A DNA stretch of 38,136 bases from Candidatus Poribacteria bacterium (GTDB lineage: Bacteria > Poribacteria > WGA-4E > UBA9662): the NCBI GenBank assembly GCA_046582655.1, contig JAYGDX010000118.1:1-38136 (forward strand), written 5' to 3'. The notes beneath the pieces were generated by a model. That model saw nothing but the letters and a program-made list of their open reading frames with translations, made no database searches and had not been told where the DNA came from. A program made the position numbers and the translations under genes. Below are positions 19,504 through 29,039 of the stretch, in pieces. Positions within the stretch are counted from its first letter, which is position 1; every line of letters starts with the position of its first letter.

Positions 19504-20742
19504 TTAGTCTCTCAATTCGTCCAGTTGCCTGGCAAAACTATTCCACAGAGTCTTAGCCATTTCGGGGCTGGGTTTATGGCCCCGTTGAATCAGGTCATCC
19601 CCTGTAACTTTGGGTTGGACATTTCGCAGCCTCAACAAATAGTCCTCAATCTTTTCTTTTTGCCAGCTATGTTTATTATGCCACAAGCTGAAAATTAACA
19701 CTTCTAGAGGATAAGAATTCAGTAGGTGATATACTTGGCTCGGTTTTGAACTGCTGGAAAGCTTTGTCTGATCTATCATCAATCGGTTTCTGGAATCCAA
19801 TTTTTCCTGCAATCGTTTTTCGAATGCCAGTCGGTGACTTACAGCATCAGTCGTTTCTTCATTCAAGAGGGCCATCCAAAGTACCGCATCCTGATCTATA
19901 TGATCGTCTGGTAGATGCTTTTTGGACCAGTCAATTGCCTGAATAGCATCTTGCCATGTCCGGCTGAAATCCTGTGGGAGTTCCCAACATGGTACTATGG
20001 CAGAAAATAGAACGAAGTCTTCCATTCTTTGAAGGGTTTTCCATGCCAAGTCTTCAGAGAAAATCCGATTAAACTCGTTGCGAATACGCTGACCACTAAT
20101 ATGGTCTAGATAACTGTGGTCGATTACATCTTGAATCAAGCCTTGGTCTGTTTGACATATTTGAAAATTGTAACGTTTTTCGTACCGAATTGCTCGGAAG
20201 ATACGTGTAGGATCGTCACGATAGCTTTGATCATGCAGAACCCGAATCAATGCGGTTTCCAAATCTCTCAGGCCATCTGTATAATCGAGAAGGTTTCCAA
20301 AATCAATTGGCAAGATTGACATAGCTACCGCATTGATTGAAAAATCACGTCGATACAAATCTTCCCTAATGGAACTGAAAACTACTGATGGTAACGCACC
20401 TAAAGTCTGATAAGTTTCACGACGAGCTGTCACAAAATCAATCTGAAAATTTTCTTTGGTAATAACTTTTGCCGTGCCAAATTGTTGATGTACGTTGATC
20501 GACGCTTTGAAATCATCAGCAACCTTTTTGGCGACATCAATAGCATGATTCTCAATTACGATATCTAGGTCCAGTTCATTGCTTTTTAGCTGATCTTCAT
20601 TCGACAAAAGCAGATCTCGTACGAAACCACCAACAGTATAAGCGGTAACTGACTTTTGATCGGCAACAGATCCAATTTTCCGCAAGTATCTCAGCAACCG
20701 ATCAGGAATATTTAAAATGATCTTATCGACGATTGAGGCCAT
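19504..20742 (-). CDS. cca: Class II tRNA nucleotidyltransferase (CCA- or A-adding)
   Basis: VGGFVRD, DLDIV, TARRETY, EDLYRRDFSINA, DDPTRIFRAIRY. Confidence 0.88.
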   Translation of the reverse strand: MASIVDKIILNIPDRLLRYLRKIGSVADQKSVTAYTVGGFVRDLLLSNEDQLKSNELDLDIVIENHAIDVAKKVADDFKASINVHQQFGTAKVITKENFQIDFVTARRETYQTLGALPSVVFSSIREDLYRRDFSINAVAMSILPIDFGNLLDYTDGLRDLETALIRVLHDQSYRDDPTRIFRAIRYEKRYNFQICQTDQGLIQDVIDHSYLDHISGQRIRNEFNRIFSEDLAWKTLQRMEDFVLFSAIVPCWELPQDFSRTWQDAIQAIDWSKKHLPDDHIDQDAVLWMALLNEETTDAVSHRLAFEKRLQEKLDSRNRLMIDQTKLSSSSKPSQVYHLLNSYPLEVLIFSLWHNKHSWQKEKIEDYLLRLRNVQPKVTGDDLIQRGHKPSPEMAKTLWNSFARQLDELRD

Positions 20743-20885
20743 GAGTCTGGAGCAAGGAGACACATTCTTGGAGTGAACATGTCTTGAACTATATGTGGTG
20801 CAAGTGAGTTTCGACCCAACTGGTTACTTCCAGTAACTTTAAGCTTTTTTTGATCGAAAGTTGGATCTCGGCTTGTGCTTTTGAT

Positions 20886-21812
20886 TCACTGATCTATTAA
20901 TTCCAAGAATTCATCCGCAAAATTTTCCAGTTCAGTTCTAATAAGTTGATTATTTTTCTTATTGCTTGTTTGAAGAGATACGGGTATGCCCATTTCAGGT
21001 GCACTTCCATACACTGTTTTATTTTCCCGTAAAAAGCTGTTAAAGTATGGGATGTTTTTCTGACGGACCTTGGCAATATAGGTTTTCTGAACAGCGATCG
21101 GAGATTTTCCGTAAAGCGAAAGCATAGTAAACACAACACCAAGACTCTTGGGATTGACCAGTATATGATCTTCCAGAAATTCCGCGTAATGGTTGTAGTC
21201 TTCAACGAGACGCTTCACCTGAACTCCTAACTGATCGATACCCAGTATCGAGAGGTAGTCGGGGTTTGCTGGTATAATGTAATAATCGCTTGCAACGATA
21301 CCTGATTGAGTGGAAATATTAAAGTTTGCTGGACAATCGAAAAAAATGAAATCATAATCGCCACTTATGCTTTCCAGACCAGACTGCAGATGAGTGTGTG
21401 TCTGAAGGAAATTCAATGCACTTTGTCTCGGGTTCGCTCCAACAACAAGAACAGCTAGTTCTATATCCAGACTAATTAAACCAAGATGAGAACAAACAAG
21501 GTGTACTTCTCCTGTCCCTCCCCAATCTTTAATACGTCTATTTACTTCAGCAGGTTGTACAATCAAGTTGGGAAATTTAAGACTCAAGTCATTATTAGTG
21601 AGGGTTTCAAACCAATTTTTTATTGTTCGTGATTCCCGGAAATTTTTATCCCATACACTGGGGACAATGAAGGAAAAGGTTAAGCTGGCCTGTGGGTCCA
21701 AATCTACTAGCAGGACCTGATAACCGCGGAAAGCAAGTTCAGTACCAAGATTTGCCGTTAACGTAGTTTTGCCGACTCCACCCTTGTAATTAATGAAGGA
21801 AATGGTATGCAT
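20886..21812 (-). CDS. ParA/Soj family ATPase
   Basis: Deviant Walker A KGGVGKTT, DLDPQASLT, FDCP. Confidence 0.92.
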   Translation of the reverse strand: MHTISFINYKGGVGKTTLTANLGTELAFRGYQVLLVDLDPQASLTFSFIVPSVWDKNFRESRTIKNWFETLTNNDLSLKFPNLIVQPAEVNRRIKDWGGTGEVHLVCSHLGLISLDIELAVLVVGANPRQSALNFLQTHTHLQSGLESISGDYDFIFFDCPANFNISTQSGIVASDYYIIPANPDYLSILGIDQLGVQVKRLVEDYNHYAEFLEDHILVNPKSLGVVFTMLSLYGKSPIAVQKTYIAKVRQKNIPYFNSFLRENKTVYGSAPEMGIPVSLQTSNKKNNQLIRTELENFADEFLELIDQ

Positions 21813-21991
21813 TCCTAGTACATCCTGTGGGAAATTAACTGGAGATTCTTTTGATAGTTTCTTTGATCAGTAATTATTATTTACGCCAGAATAGAAGCAA
21901 CCCGCATTCACCAACCCAATAATAACTTGATTCAAAATGAGTCCCCTGCAAAATCTGGAAGGATCGACCAAGTCAATTCTGAGCGAATCTG

Positions 21992-22020
21992 ATTATAACA
22001 CAGCATTCTTGAAATCTCAA
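21992..22020 (-). promoter_or_regulatory. Putative sigma70 promoter upstream of the parA-like gene
   Basis: TTGAGA-N17-TATAAT with extended TG; implies a leader of about 170 nt. Confidence 0.6.
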
Positions 22021-22140
22021 CTTAGGGTACGCTAGCATATTAAAAGCATATCTAACATTTGTCTTTTAATATCCAATGTTGTGTGGGATAATATCAACTA
22101 CAGGTTTGAAGTGAACTTGATGAATAATTTGGGATAAATC

Positions 22141-22890
22141 ATGTTTTTGCATGTAACAGTTATCAAGCTAACCTGGACTTTAATGCTGAAAGTGTTTGCG
22201 ACTGCTGTAGTTTATAAATTCCTTTCCTTTGCTAAACTGGGGCAGCCAATTGAGCTCATTCTTCTTTCCACAGTCATTACTATTTTTCTTTTTTCATCCT
22301 ATCTTTCGGGCAAAACGCTTACACGCATAGACTTCAGAGAATTCAGTTTTTTTCGTCCTTCAACCCAACGATTTGTTCTAGCGAAACACGTTTTTTGTTC
22401 TCTTATCCCTTGCTTTGTATTCGTTACGATATTTGCTATAATCCTCTTAATTGCCCCGCGAGGGGTCGTCTCCTTGTCATTCATGGCGGTAATAAAAATC
22501 CACCTAATTGTTTTGATCTATATATTAGTCGGTGCCTCAATCGGTATGCTAGGATGGCGAATTTTTGGTCATGAAACCTTGGCAACACTATTTTCACTGA
22601 TAGTATGGGGCCTACTCATCGGTAGCTTTTTTTCGCTTGTTCCTATTGAACGTTACGTTGAAAACTTGACATCCTACATTCCGTTATTTTTACATGCCAA
22701 TCCGTTAATTGCAGTGTGTCATGTGTTGGAGTATGACATTTTTCGTACACCAATGTTATATGAATTAACTCCGATATCATCTTACCTTTTTACATATCCC
22801 AAATGGTATTTGATCTGTGGCTGGCAAGTTCTAATTGGTATTTTTTGTCTTGTCACCGTATATCCTAGATTAAATTACAGGGTGACTTGA
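22141..22890 (+). CDS. Multi-pass membrane protein (ABC-2 permease-like topology)
   Basis: About six TM helices, late NPL motif; abuts the next ATG. Confidence 0.7.
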   Translation: MFLHVTVIKLTWTLMLKVFATAVVYKFLSFAKLGQPIELILLSTVITIFLFSSYLSGKTLTRIDFREFSFFRPSTQRFVLAKHVFCSLIPCFVFVTIFAIILLIAPRGVVSLSFMAVIKIHLIVLIYILVGASIGMLGWRIFGHETLATLFSLIVWGLLIGSFFSLVPIERYVENLTSYIPLFLHANPLIAVCHVLEYDIFRTPMLYELTPISSYLFTYPKWYLICGWQVLIGIFCLVTVYPRLNYRVT

Positions 22891-24267
22891 ATGGAAAACC
22901 TGATAATTAGTGCTTCCGGAGTTCGCGGGACAATTGGAGGTTCATTTTCCCCTACGGAGATTTCACGATTTGCAACCGCGTTTGGTACACTCATCGGTGG
23001 TCAAACCGTCGTTGTGGGTAGGGATACCCGTACATCGGGTGAAATGGTCCGAGGCTCGCTGATTAGTGGATTAGTTGCCACAGGTTGTGATGTAATTGAT
23101 GTTGGTGTCTGTCCAACACCAACTATCTTGTTGACATCAAAGAAAATAGGGGCTGAGGGCAGTGTTACTATCACTGCCAGCCATAATCCAATTGATTGGA
23201 ACGGGCTTAAGTTGGCTACGAAATCAGGTCGTCTGCTTAGTGCTGATGCCCAACGTCAGTTTCAAGAGATTTATAAGTCAGAAAAAGCCAACCTTGTATC
23301 GTGGGATCAACTGGGATCAGTCGAAACAGACGATAGTGCCATAGACTACCATATTGCACAGATCTTAGAATTAGATTGGATAAATTTGGATCAGATCCGA
23401 CACTTATCATTGAAGGTCGCTATTGATGCTGGTAATGGCGCAGGTAGTATAATAAGCCCGATGTTACTGCGTCAACTTGGATGTGAAGTAATTGAGATAA
23501 ATTGTACCCCCAATGGCATATTCCCACGATCAAGCGAGCCAAATCAGGAGGCGCTGAAGGAGTTGTGCCAAGTCACCAAATCTGAGGGGGCGCACGTTGG
23601 CCTGGCTCACGATGGAGATGCAGACCGATTGGTCTTGGTTTCGGATCAGGGGGTTCCTTTGAGCAGCGAATACACTTATGCGTTGATTGCTGACTTTCTT
23701 ATTGGTAGAAGGAACGGAAATTTAGTGGCAACAGTCTCTACAAGTCGAATGCTCGATGATGTTGCTGACAAGTATGGTGTGGAACTCCATCGGACGCCAG
23801 TTGGAGTTGGTTATGTTGTCGAAAAGATGGAACAAATCGGCGCAGCTCTTGGTGGTGAAGGGACAGGAGGTGTTATCTACCCTGAAATTCTGCATACTGC
23901 CGATGGGATTACGTCGATTGCCGCGATTGTACAGCTACTTGCATCTTCAAATAAAAATGTGATGGATCTGGTTTCATTGATCCCAAGATATTGGATGGAT
24001 AAGAAAAAGATTGACATGCCGTCTCAAGATGTTTCAGAGGCCGTTCTTGATTCTGTTCTCACTGTTTTCGAAAACGACGATCTTGATACTATGGATGGCG
24101 TGAAACGGATTTGGGATGACAAGTGGGTAAATATCCGAAAATCCGGAACTGAGCCGGTAATTCGAGTTTTCAGCGAGGCTAGGTCTATTCAAGAGGCAAA
24201 AGATCTTTGTAACTCGACAGTTGAAACCCTAAAATCCTTGATGAAACACGTAACAGACTGCAACTAA
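22891..24267 (+). CDS. glmM: Alpha-D-phosphohexomutase (phosphoglucosamine mutase/phosphomannomutase)
   Basis: TASHNP, DGDADR, GGEGTGG, RKSGTEP. The family is certain; substrate specificity is inferred. Confidence 0.75.
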   Translation: MENLIISASGVRGTIGGSFSPTEISRFATAFGTLIGGQTVVVGRDTRTSGEMVRGSLISGLVATGCDVIDVGVCPTPTILLTSKKIGAEGSVTITASHNPIDWNGLKLATKSGRLLSADAQRQFQEIYKSEKANLVSWDQLGSVETDDSAIDYHIAQILELDWINLDQIRHLSLKVAIDAGNGAGSIISPMLLRQLGCEVIEINCTPNGIFPRSSEPNQEALKELCQVTKSEGAHVGLAHDGDADRLVLVSDQGVPLSSEYTYALIADFLIGRRNGNLVATVSTSRMLDDVADKYGVELHRTPVGVGYVVEKMEQIGAALGGEGTGGVIYPEILHTADGITSIAAIVQLLASSNKNVMDLVSLIPRYWMDKKKIDMPSQDVSEAVLDSVLTVFENDDLDTMDGVKRIWDDKWVNIRKSGTEPVIRVFSEARSIQEAKDLCNSTVETLKSLMKHVTDCN

Positions 24268-24347
24268 TAAACGTTGTTTAAAATAGTTTTTTGGACTATA
24301 TTATATAAATGTAAGTATTTGATTACTATTTTGTTTGGAGCTGTTTT

Positions 24348-25592
24348 TTGACTTACAAACCTTTGAAATTAGTCTGTATAGGTGGTGGCACTGGGTTGTC
24401 CTCTTTACTTAGCGGAATTAGGCAGTATTCTCGTGCCAGCCAAAGTGAACCACCAATCGTTGATATGGATCAATTGGCTGCAGTTGTTTCAGTTTCTGAT
24501 GATGGAGGGAGTACAGGCCGATTAATCGATGAATTTGACGTCTTGCCTCCGGGAGATGTGAGGAAGCTGCTTGTTTCACTCTCTGAGGCAGATGATCTTG
24601 TGGCCAACCTCTTCGAGTATCGCTTTTCGGGCAACGGTGACCTGGGAGGGCATACGGTTGGTAATATTTTGTTAACTGCACTCATTGATCAAAATGGTGG
24701 TAGTTTTCCTAAAGCCATTCTGGCGGCATCGGAGCTTCTCGCAGTACGTGGACGGATTATTCCGGCTAGTTTACAAGGTAATATCCTTTGCGCCGAACTC
24801 GCAGATGGAGATATTATCCGAGGTCAATCTAGCATCCCAATCCGGCAAAATCGGGAGCTTGTTAAACGTATCTTTCTTGAACCACGCCGAAATGGCGGTC
24901 GCACAGAAAGTTCCACCTCAAGCAAATGTGTCGCTAATCCTGATGCGGTCGAAGCTATTTCTGATGCAGATGCAATCATCATCGGACCTGGTAGTTTATA
25001 CACTAGCATTATGCCGAATCTCGCTTATGAGGAAATCTCTGAGGCTGTTTGCAGGTCTAATGCCATCAAAGTCTATGTTTGTAATGTAATGTCACAACCC
25101 GGTGAAACAGATGGATACTCCGTCAGTGATCATATTCGTGCAATTCAAAATCATGCCCATGCTTCGCTAGATTACATTATTGTAAACGAGGGTCTTGCAC
25201 CTAAGAACGTTATCCAAAATTATGTTCAAAAACAGCTTTTAAACCAATTCTCTCGGATTCAAGTTTGCGTAAATGAAGGTGCTTCAATGGTCGAGGAACG
25301 CTTTGGGAAAGCAATTGGTTCGATGGCTGATCTAACTAAGAATATATCCCAAATCTCCGAAGAGATTCTGCAGATGGCAGATCCATCGCGGGTTCAGGTT
25401 CTCTATGATCCCGAAGTGGATGATCTAGAGGGTGCCAAGCTGGTTAAAGCTAGTATTATCTGTGATACTATGGTTATTGAAAATGGTATTGAATTGAATG
25501 TAATTCGCCATAATCCCGAGAAATTAGCAACCACGCTTTTTGATACATTGCTGAATGATTTTCAGTCTAAAATGAAAGAGCACTCTTCATGA
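24348..25592 (+). CDS. yvcK: YvcK/GlmR (UDP-sugar-binding, CofD-related) protein
   Basis: IGGGTGLS, DDGGSTG, PPGDVR, GH..GN, GPGSLYTS, RH.P.KLA. Confidence 0.92.
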   Translation: MTYKPLKLVCIGGGTGLSSLLSGIRQYSRASQSEPPIVDMDQLAAVVSVSDDGGSTGRLIDEFDVLPPGDVRKLLVSLSEADDLVANLFEYRFSGNGDLGGHTVGNILLTALIDQNGGSFPKAILAASELLAVRGRIIPASLQGNILCAELADGDIIRGQSSIPIRQNRELVKRIFLEPRRNGGRTESSTSSKCVANPDAVEAISDADAIIIGPGSLYTSIMPNLAYEEISEAVCRSNAIKVYVCNVMSQPGETDGYSVSDHIRAIQNHAHASLDYIIVNEGLAPKNVIQNYVQKQLLNQFSRIQVCVNEGASMVEERFGKAIGSMADLTKNISQISEEILQMADPSRVQVLYDPEVDDLEGAKLVKASIICDTMVIENGIELNVIRHNPEKLATTLFDTLLNDFQSKMKEHSS

Positions 25593-26755
25593 AATTCTTA
25601 ATTTGGCCACCGATAAAAGAAACATTAGTTAGCATTACTATCACTTTTCTCTTTTGGACGTTGTCTTTCACTCAACCACATTCACAAGAACCAGAAGAGG
25701 TAAATTTGTCTGAGCCTCTATATATCAAAGAAGTTGCAGCCAACAACATTACACTTTCTGGTGGAATAGAACATGGGGTTACCGTTGGAATTTATGTTGA
25801 GATAGTAGATCAGGAAACTGGACAAAGGGTCGCACAGGCACAAGTTACGCAGGTCAACCCAGAAAAAATCACTGCCATAATATCAGATCTGAGTTTTTCT
25901 GGTGTTGATACAGGCGATCTTATACGATTACCCGCAAAAGTAACCAAAACTAATCCTAACTGGGTTGAGATTGATCATGGTACACATCAAGGCTTAACAG
26001 AAGGTACAACTTTCAAGGTTTTCCGGCTAGGCACAACCGTTGAGATTGGATTGGAGGAGAAGGGAGATCTACCGCAAAAAATAGCAATCAGCAGGGCTGT
26101 GTTAATTGACGTTCGTCAAGAAGATGCGACAGCCAGGATTATTGGTAAACTTACTATACAACCGATTGAAGGTGATTTTGTCCAGATTGAAGATTATACA
26201 ACTATCAACCAGAAATCTGGGAATACAATTTATTTAGACGTGGCCTCAGATTTAATGAACCGGTTGTCAGAAGGAATGATGGTATACGGATTCCGAAAGA
26301 ACGTCGTATTGCGCCCTGATGGAAGCCAGCACCACATCGAGTGGTATGAAACCGTCTGTAATCTCACAATCCAGCATGTGGCAAAAGGATCTCATACGGC
26401 CAGATGCACCATCAATGACGGCATGAAATATGAACCATCAAGTAATGACCTTGTTTCAATTGAAGATATGCATGCCCGACAAAGAGTTGCAGCAGTCCGA
26501 AATGTCTATGTGCTGAAGTCTGATATTAATAAGATCTATCTCAGTAGGTTCCCAGAAGCAGAAAGGAATCTAGTTTTTATCGCTGCCAGAAAGAAAATTG
26601 GTACGAATCAAATAGATCCAAATTTTCTCAATTTTAACCTACAGAATTGCAGTTTGCAGATCGAGTCTATCCAAGATCAGGTTGTGGCTGCAACTTTTCT
26701 GACCCAATCAGGAAATCCATTTCAAGTGGGCGACTGCGTTAGAATTTTTCACTAG
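25589..26755 (+). CDS. Exported hypothetical protein with four tandem beta domains (FlgT C-terminal-like)
   Basis: N-terminal signal/TM; repeated V....IYLD.G...G...G..F.V.R....V..V....A.A......GD.V pattern; ATGA overlap with yvcK. Confidence 0.7.
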   Translation: MKFLIWPPIKETLVSITITFLFWTLSFTQPHSQEPEEVNLSEPLYIKEVAANNITLSGGIEHGVTVGIYVEIVDQETGQRVAQAQVTQVNPEKITAIISDLSFSGVDTGDLIRLPAKVTKTNPNWVEIDHGTHQGLTEGTTFKVFRLGTTVEIGLEEKGDLPQKIAISRAVLIDVRQEDATARIIGKLTIQPIEGDFVQIEDYTTINQKSGNTIYLDVASDLMNRLSEGMMVYGFRKNVVLRPDGSQHHIEWYETVCNLTIQHVAKGSHTARCTINDGMKYEPSSNDLVSIEDMHARQRVAAVRNVYVLKSDINKIYLSRFPEAERNLVFIAARKKIGTNQIDPNFLNFNLQNCSLQIESIQDQVVAATFLTQSGNPFQVGDCVRIFH

Positions 26756-27270
26756 TAATTCTCATAGCCCACTTCTGCTAGTCGTTCTGCCTTTTTCTCC
26801 ACTCCTTGGCTAAGTTGCTCTTTATACTGTTTAAGCTTTAATTGCAATTTTGGGTATTTGACACTTAGGATTTGGGTAGCAAATATTCCGGCATTTATAG
26901 CACCTCCTGACCCAATTGCCATAGTGGCGACGGGAATTCCCGGCGGCATTTGCACAGTTGAGTATAAAGCGTCAACACCATTCAAGGGCCCTCCATCAAT
27001 TGGCACTCCGATGACCGGGAGTGTGGTGTGCGCGGCGATTACTCCTGCTAGGTGGGCGGCTCTGCCCGCACCTGCTACGATTACCTCTATACCCCGACTG
27101 CTTGCGTTTTCAGCGTATTCCATAGTGGATTTTGGCGATCTGTGTGCCGATGATATCGTCATTTCAAAAGAGACATCAAATTCATCTAAAATTTTAGCGC
27201 ATTCACTCATTCGATCTAAATCTGAATCACTACCCATAACGATACTAACTAAAGCTTTTTCAGTAGTCAT
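26752..27270 (-). CDS. purE: N5-CAIR mutase
   Basis: MGSDSD, SAHRSP, AGRAAHLAG, VQMPPGIPVAT. Confidence 0.97.
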   Translation of the reverse strand: MTTEKALVSIVMGSDSDLDRMSECAKILDEFDVSFEMTISSAHRSPKSTMEYAENASSRGIEVIVAGAGRAAHLAGVIAAHTTLPVIGVPIDGGPLNGVDALYSTVQMPPGIPVATMAIGSGGAINAGIFATQILSVKYPKLQLKLKQYKEQLSQGVEKKAERLAEVGYENY

Positions 27271-27275
27271 GTATA

Positions 27276-27821
27276 CTATTCCTTATCATTTTTATCTTTT
27301 CGTTTTAGGTTTAATAGCTCTTTATCGATTACCGATTTTAGTTCTAGGTACCTGTTTTGATTCAACTTCCAGTTTTTACGAAATATAATTCTGCCAGTAA
27401 GACCGATCACATAAAGATTCGGCAGCTTTGGTTGAGTCTTATATTGCTGGTGAACCTTTCCTACCCAATCAAGTAGAAATGTGACAGGTGCAGGCTTTTT
27501 TTGTAGTTGCTTCTTGAGAAAACTCTTCGGTACAAAGCTGGGGACACTTCGCATGTCACCAATTATAAAGGCTGCAACACGGTCATTCCGTTCAAAATCT
27601 TCTTGGATTATTTCCCCCCACTCGTTGTCTTCTTTCCGAATCTTTCGGTTGCCCATAATCAGGACGATAATTTTTCCACTTAGCTTCTTGGTCGAATATT
27701 CCTGGCCATCAACAGATCTCAGGATGAAATCTGGAGCCGCCTCCCCAACTTTGAGTTGATCCTGAACAGGAGCAGAAAAGCTAGTAACGTAGGTAAACAT
27801 GAATAATAAAATTGAACTCAT
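27276..27821 (-). CDS. Exported thioredoxin-fold (redoxin/YtfJ-like) protein without cysteines
   Basis: LKVGEAAPDF.L.S.DG, LLDW.G.V, P.LYVI..G.I; no Cys residue. Confidence 0.75.
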   Translation of the reverse strand: MSSILLFMFTYVTSFSAPVQDQLKVGEAAPDFILRSVDGQEYSTKKLSGKIIVLIMGNRKIRKEDNEWGEIIQEDFERNDRVAAFIIGDMRSVPSFVPKSFLKKQLQKKPAPVTFLLDWVGKVHQQYKTQPKLPNLYVIGLTGRIIFRKNWKLNQNRYLELKSVIDKELLNLKRKDKNDKE

Positions 27822-28849
27822 CGGGCAGCATTTCGATTCTTAAATAAGTCAGGCCACATGTTTTCAACCAAAGTGTAATTTGTTTTGGTAATTATACGGC
27901 TGAAACCAAATTTTGTTTTTGTCATGATTTCTCCATTTTGCAGTTGCTGGTCGAAATCAAAAGGTTGCTGGTCGATCGCGCTCATCGCCGCTTTGAATGC
28001 TTCTCTTCCGCGTTCTGCCGGCTGTAAATCTACTTCTGCGTCATGTTGACCATCAATAATCAGTTGACATGCCACTTGACTGGCACCAACACCTACTGTC
28101 AGAATGAGATCTGTCATTCCGTGTAGTTTCACTGCTTGAATAGCCCCAACTGAAAGACAGCTATCAACCGCCAGAATGGCTTGGATATTTTTAGCATAGT
28201 CCCTTAATACCTGATCGGTTATGCTGGATGCTGATTGCTCATTTAATGGAGATACACGAGTATGAATACCAATCTGCTCGTACGCATAAAGCACATTATA
28301 AACACCAATGGCAATATTTCGCAGTGACGGAATCCCAATTGGCCCCTCAAGAACCAGCACTTTTCCCTTGCCATTCGTTTGATCTATAAGGTACTTTGCC
28401 GCTTGTTCTCCGAGTTTAACTTCATTCACAGTTATGTGGCCATAGGTTGAAACGCCAGTGATCATCTGATCGAGAGATATTACTGGAACTGGTGGATTCC
28501 GCCTTTTTGCCTCACGTACGATCGCATATGCCGACTTGGGATCTAGCGGTTTTAGGATTAACGCTTTGATACCGAGATTAAACATCTCTTCAATTCGCTG
28601 TTTTTCCAACGCAATGTGATTCTTATTGGGTTTCTGGTCTTTAACACCGTTCCAGATGATTTCAACATTGTGCTTTTCTTTCTGTCCAAGTTCAACCATT
28701 TTTTCGCGTATTAAAGTATAAGTTGGCGTGGTTGTTCTCGGAACGCTTACACCAATTCTGATTTTTGATTCATCGTGCCGGCAACCAAGCAGCAGAATTG
28801 CTATCAGTAGTCCGAGGGAGTGTGAAAATACCAATTTTATGAAATCCAT
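27818..28849 (-). CDS. Sugar-binding periplasmic lipoprotein (Peripla_BP_4, RbsB/XylF-like)
   Basis: Lipobox LLLGC, IRIGVS, PVISLD, GEQAAKYL. Start uncertain (28849 vs 28894). Confidence 0.85.
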   Translation of the reverse strand: MDFIKLVFSHSLGLLIAILLLGCRHDESKIRIGVSVPRTTTPTYTLIREKMVELGQKEKHNVEIIWNGVKDQKPNKNHIALEKQRIEEMFNLGIKALILKPLDPKSAYAIVREAKRRNPPVPVISLDQMITGVSTYGHITVNEVKLGEQAAKYLIDQTNGKGKVLVLEGPIGIPSLRNIAIGVYNVLYAYEQIGIHTRVSPLNEQSASSITDQVLRDYAKNIQAILAVDSCLSVGAIQAVKLHGMTDLILTVGVGASQVACQLIIDGQHDAEVDLQPAERGREAFKAAMSAIDQQPFDFDQQLQNGEIMTKTKFGFSRIITKTNYTLVENMWPDLFKNRNAAR

Positions 28850-29039
28850 AGTTCGTGACGGTAAGATTATGTCGGACTTCATCTGCAAAGTCACTGGTTA
28901 GGCTTACATATCTCGTGTTTTGATGCCCATGCTTTCCAAGTGACACCTATAGATTTATGTTGCCTTGAACCAATGTTGGAAAGTGAGAAGAGATAGAATA
29001 TTTTTCGAATGATGCTTAATTACCAGAATCATAAATCTT

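Noticed and set aside
20796..20870. Bona fide tRNA gene (ends in ACCA, has a GTCGAAA loop)
   Set aside because: Spacing from the T-loop-like motif to CCA is too short and no cloverleaf forms; kept only as a speculative structured RNA.
26752..26755. Convergent genes sharing a CTAG that holds both stop codons
   Set aside because: A common compact arrangement with no further signal.
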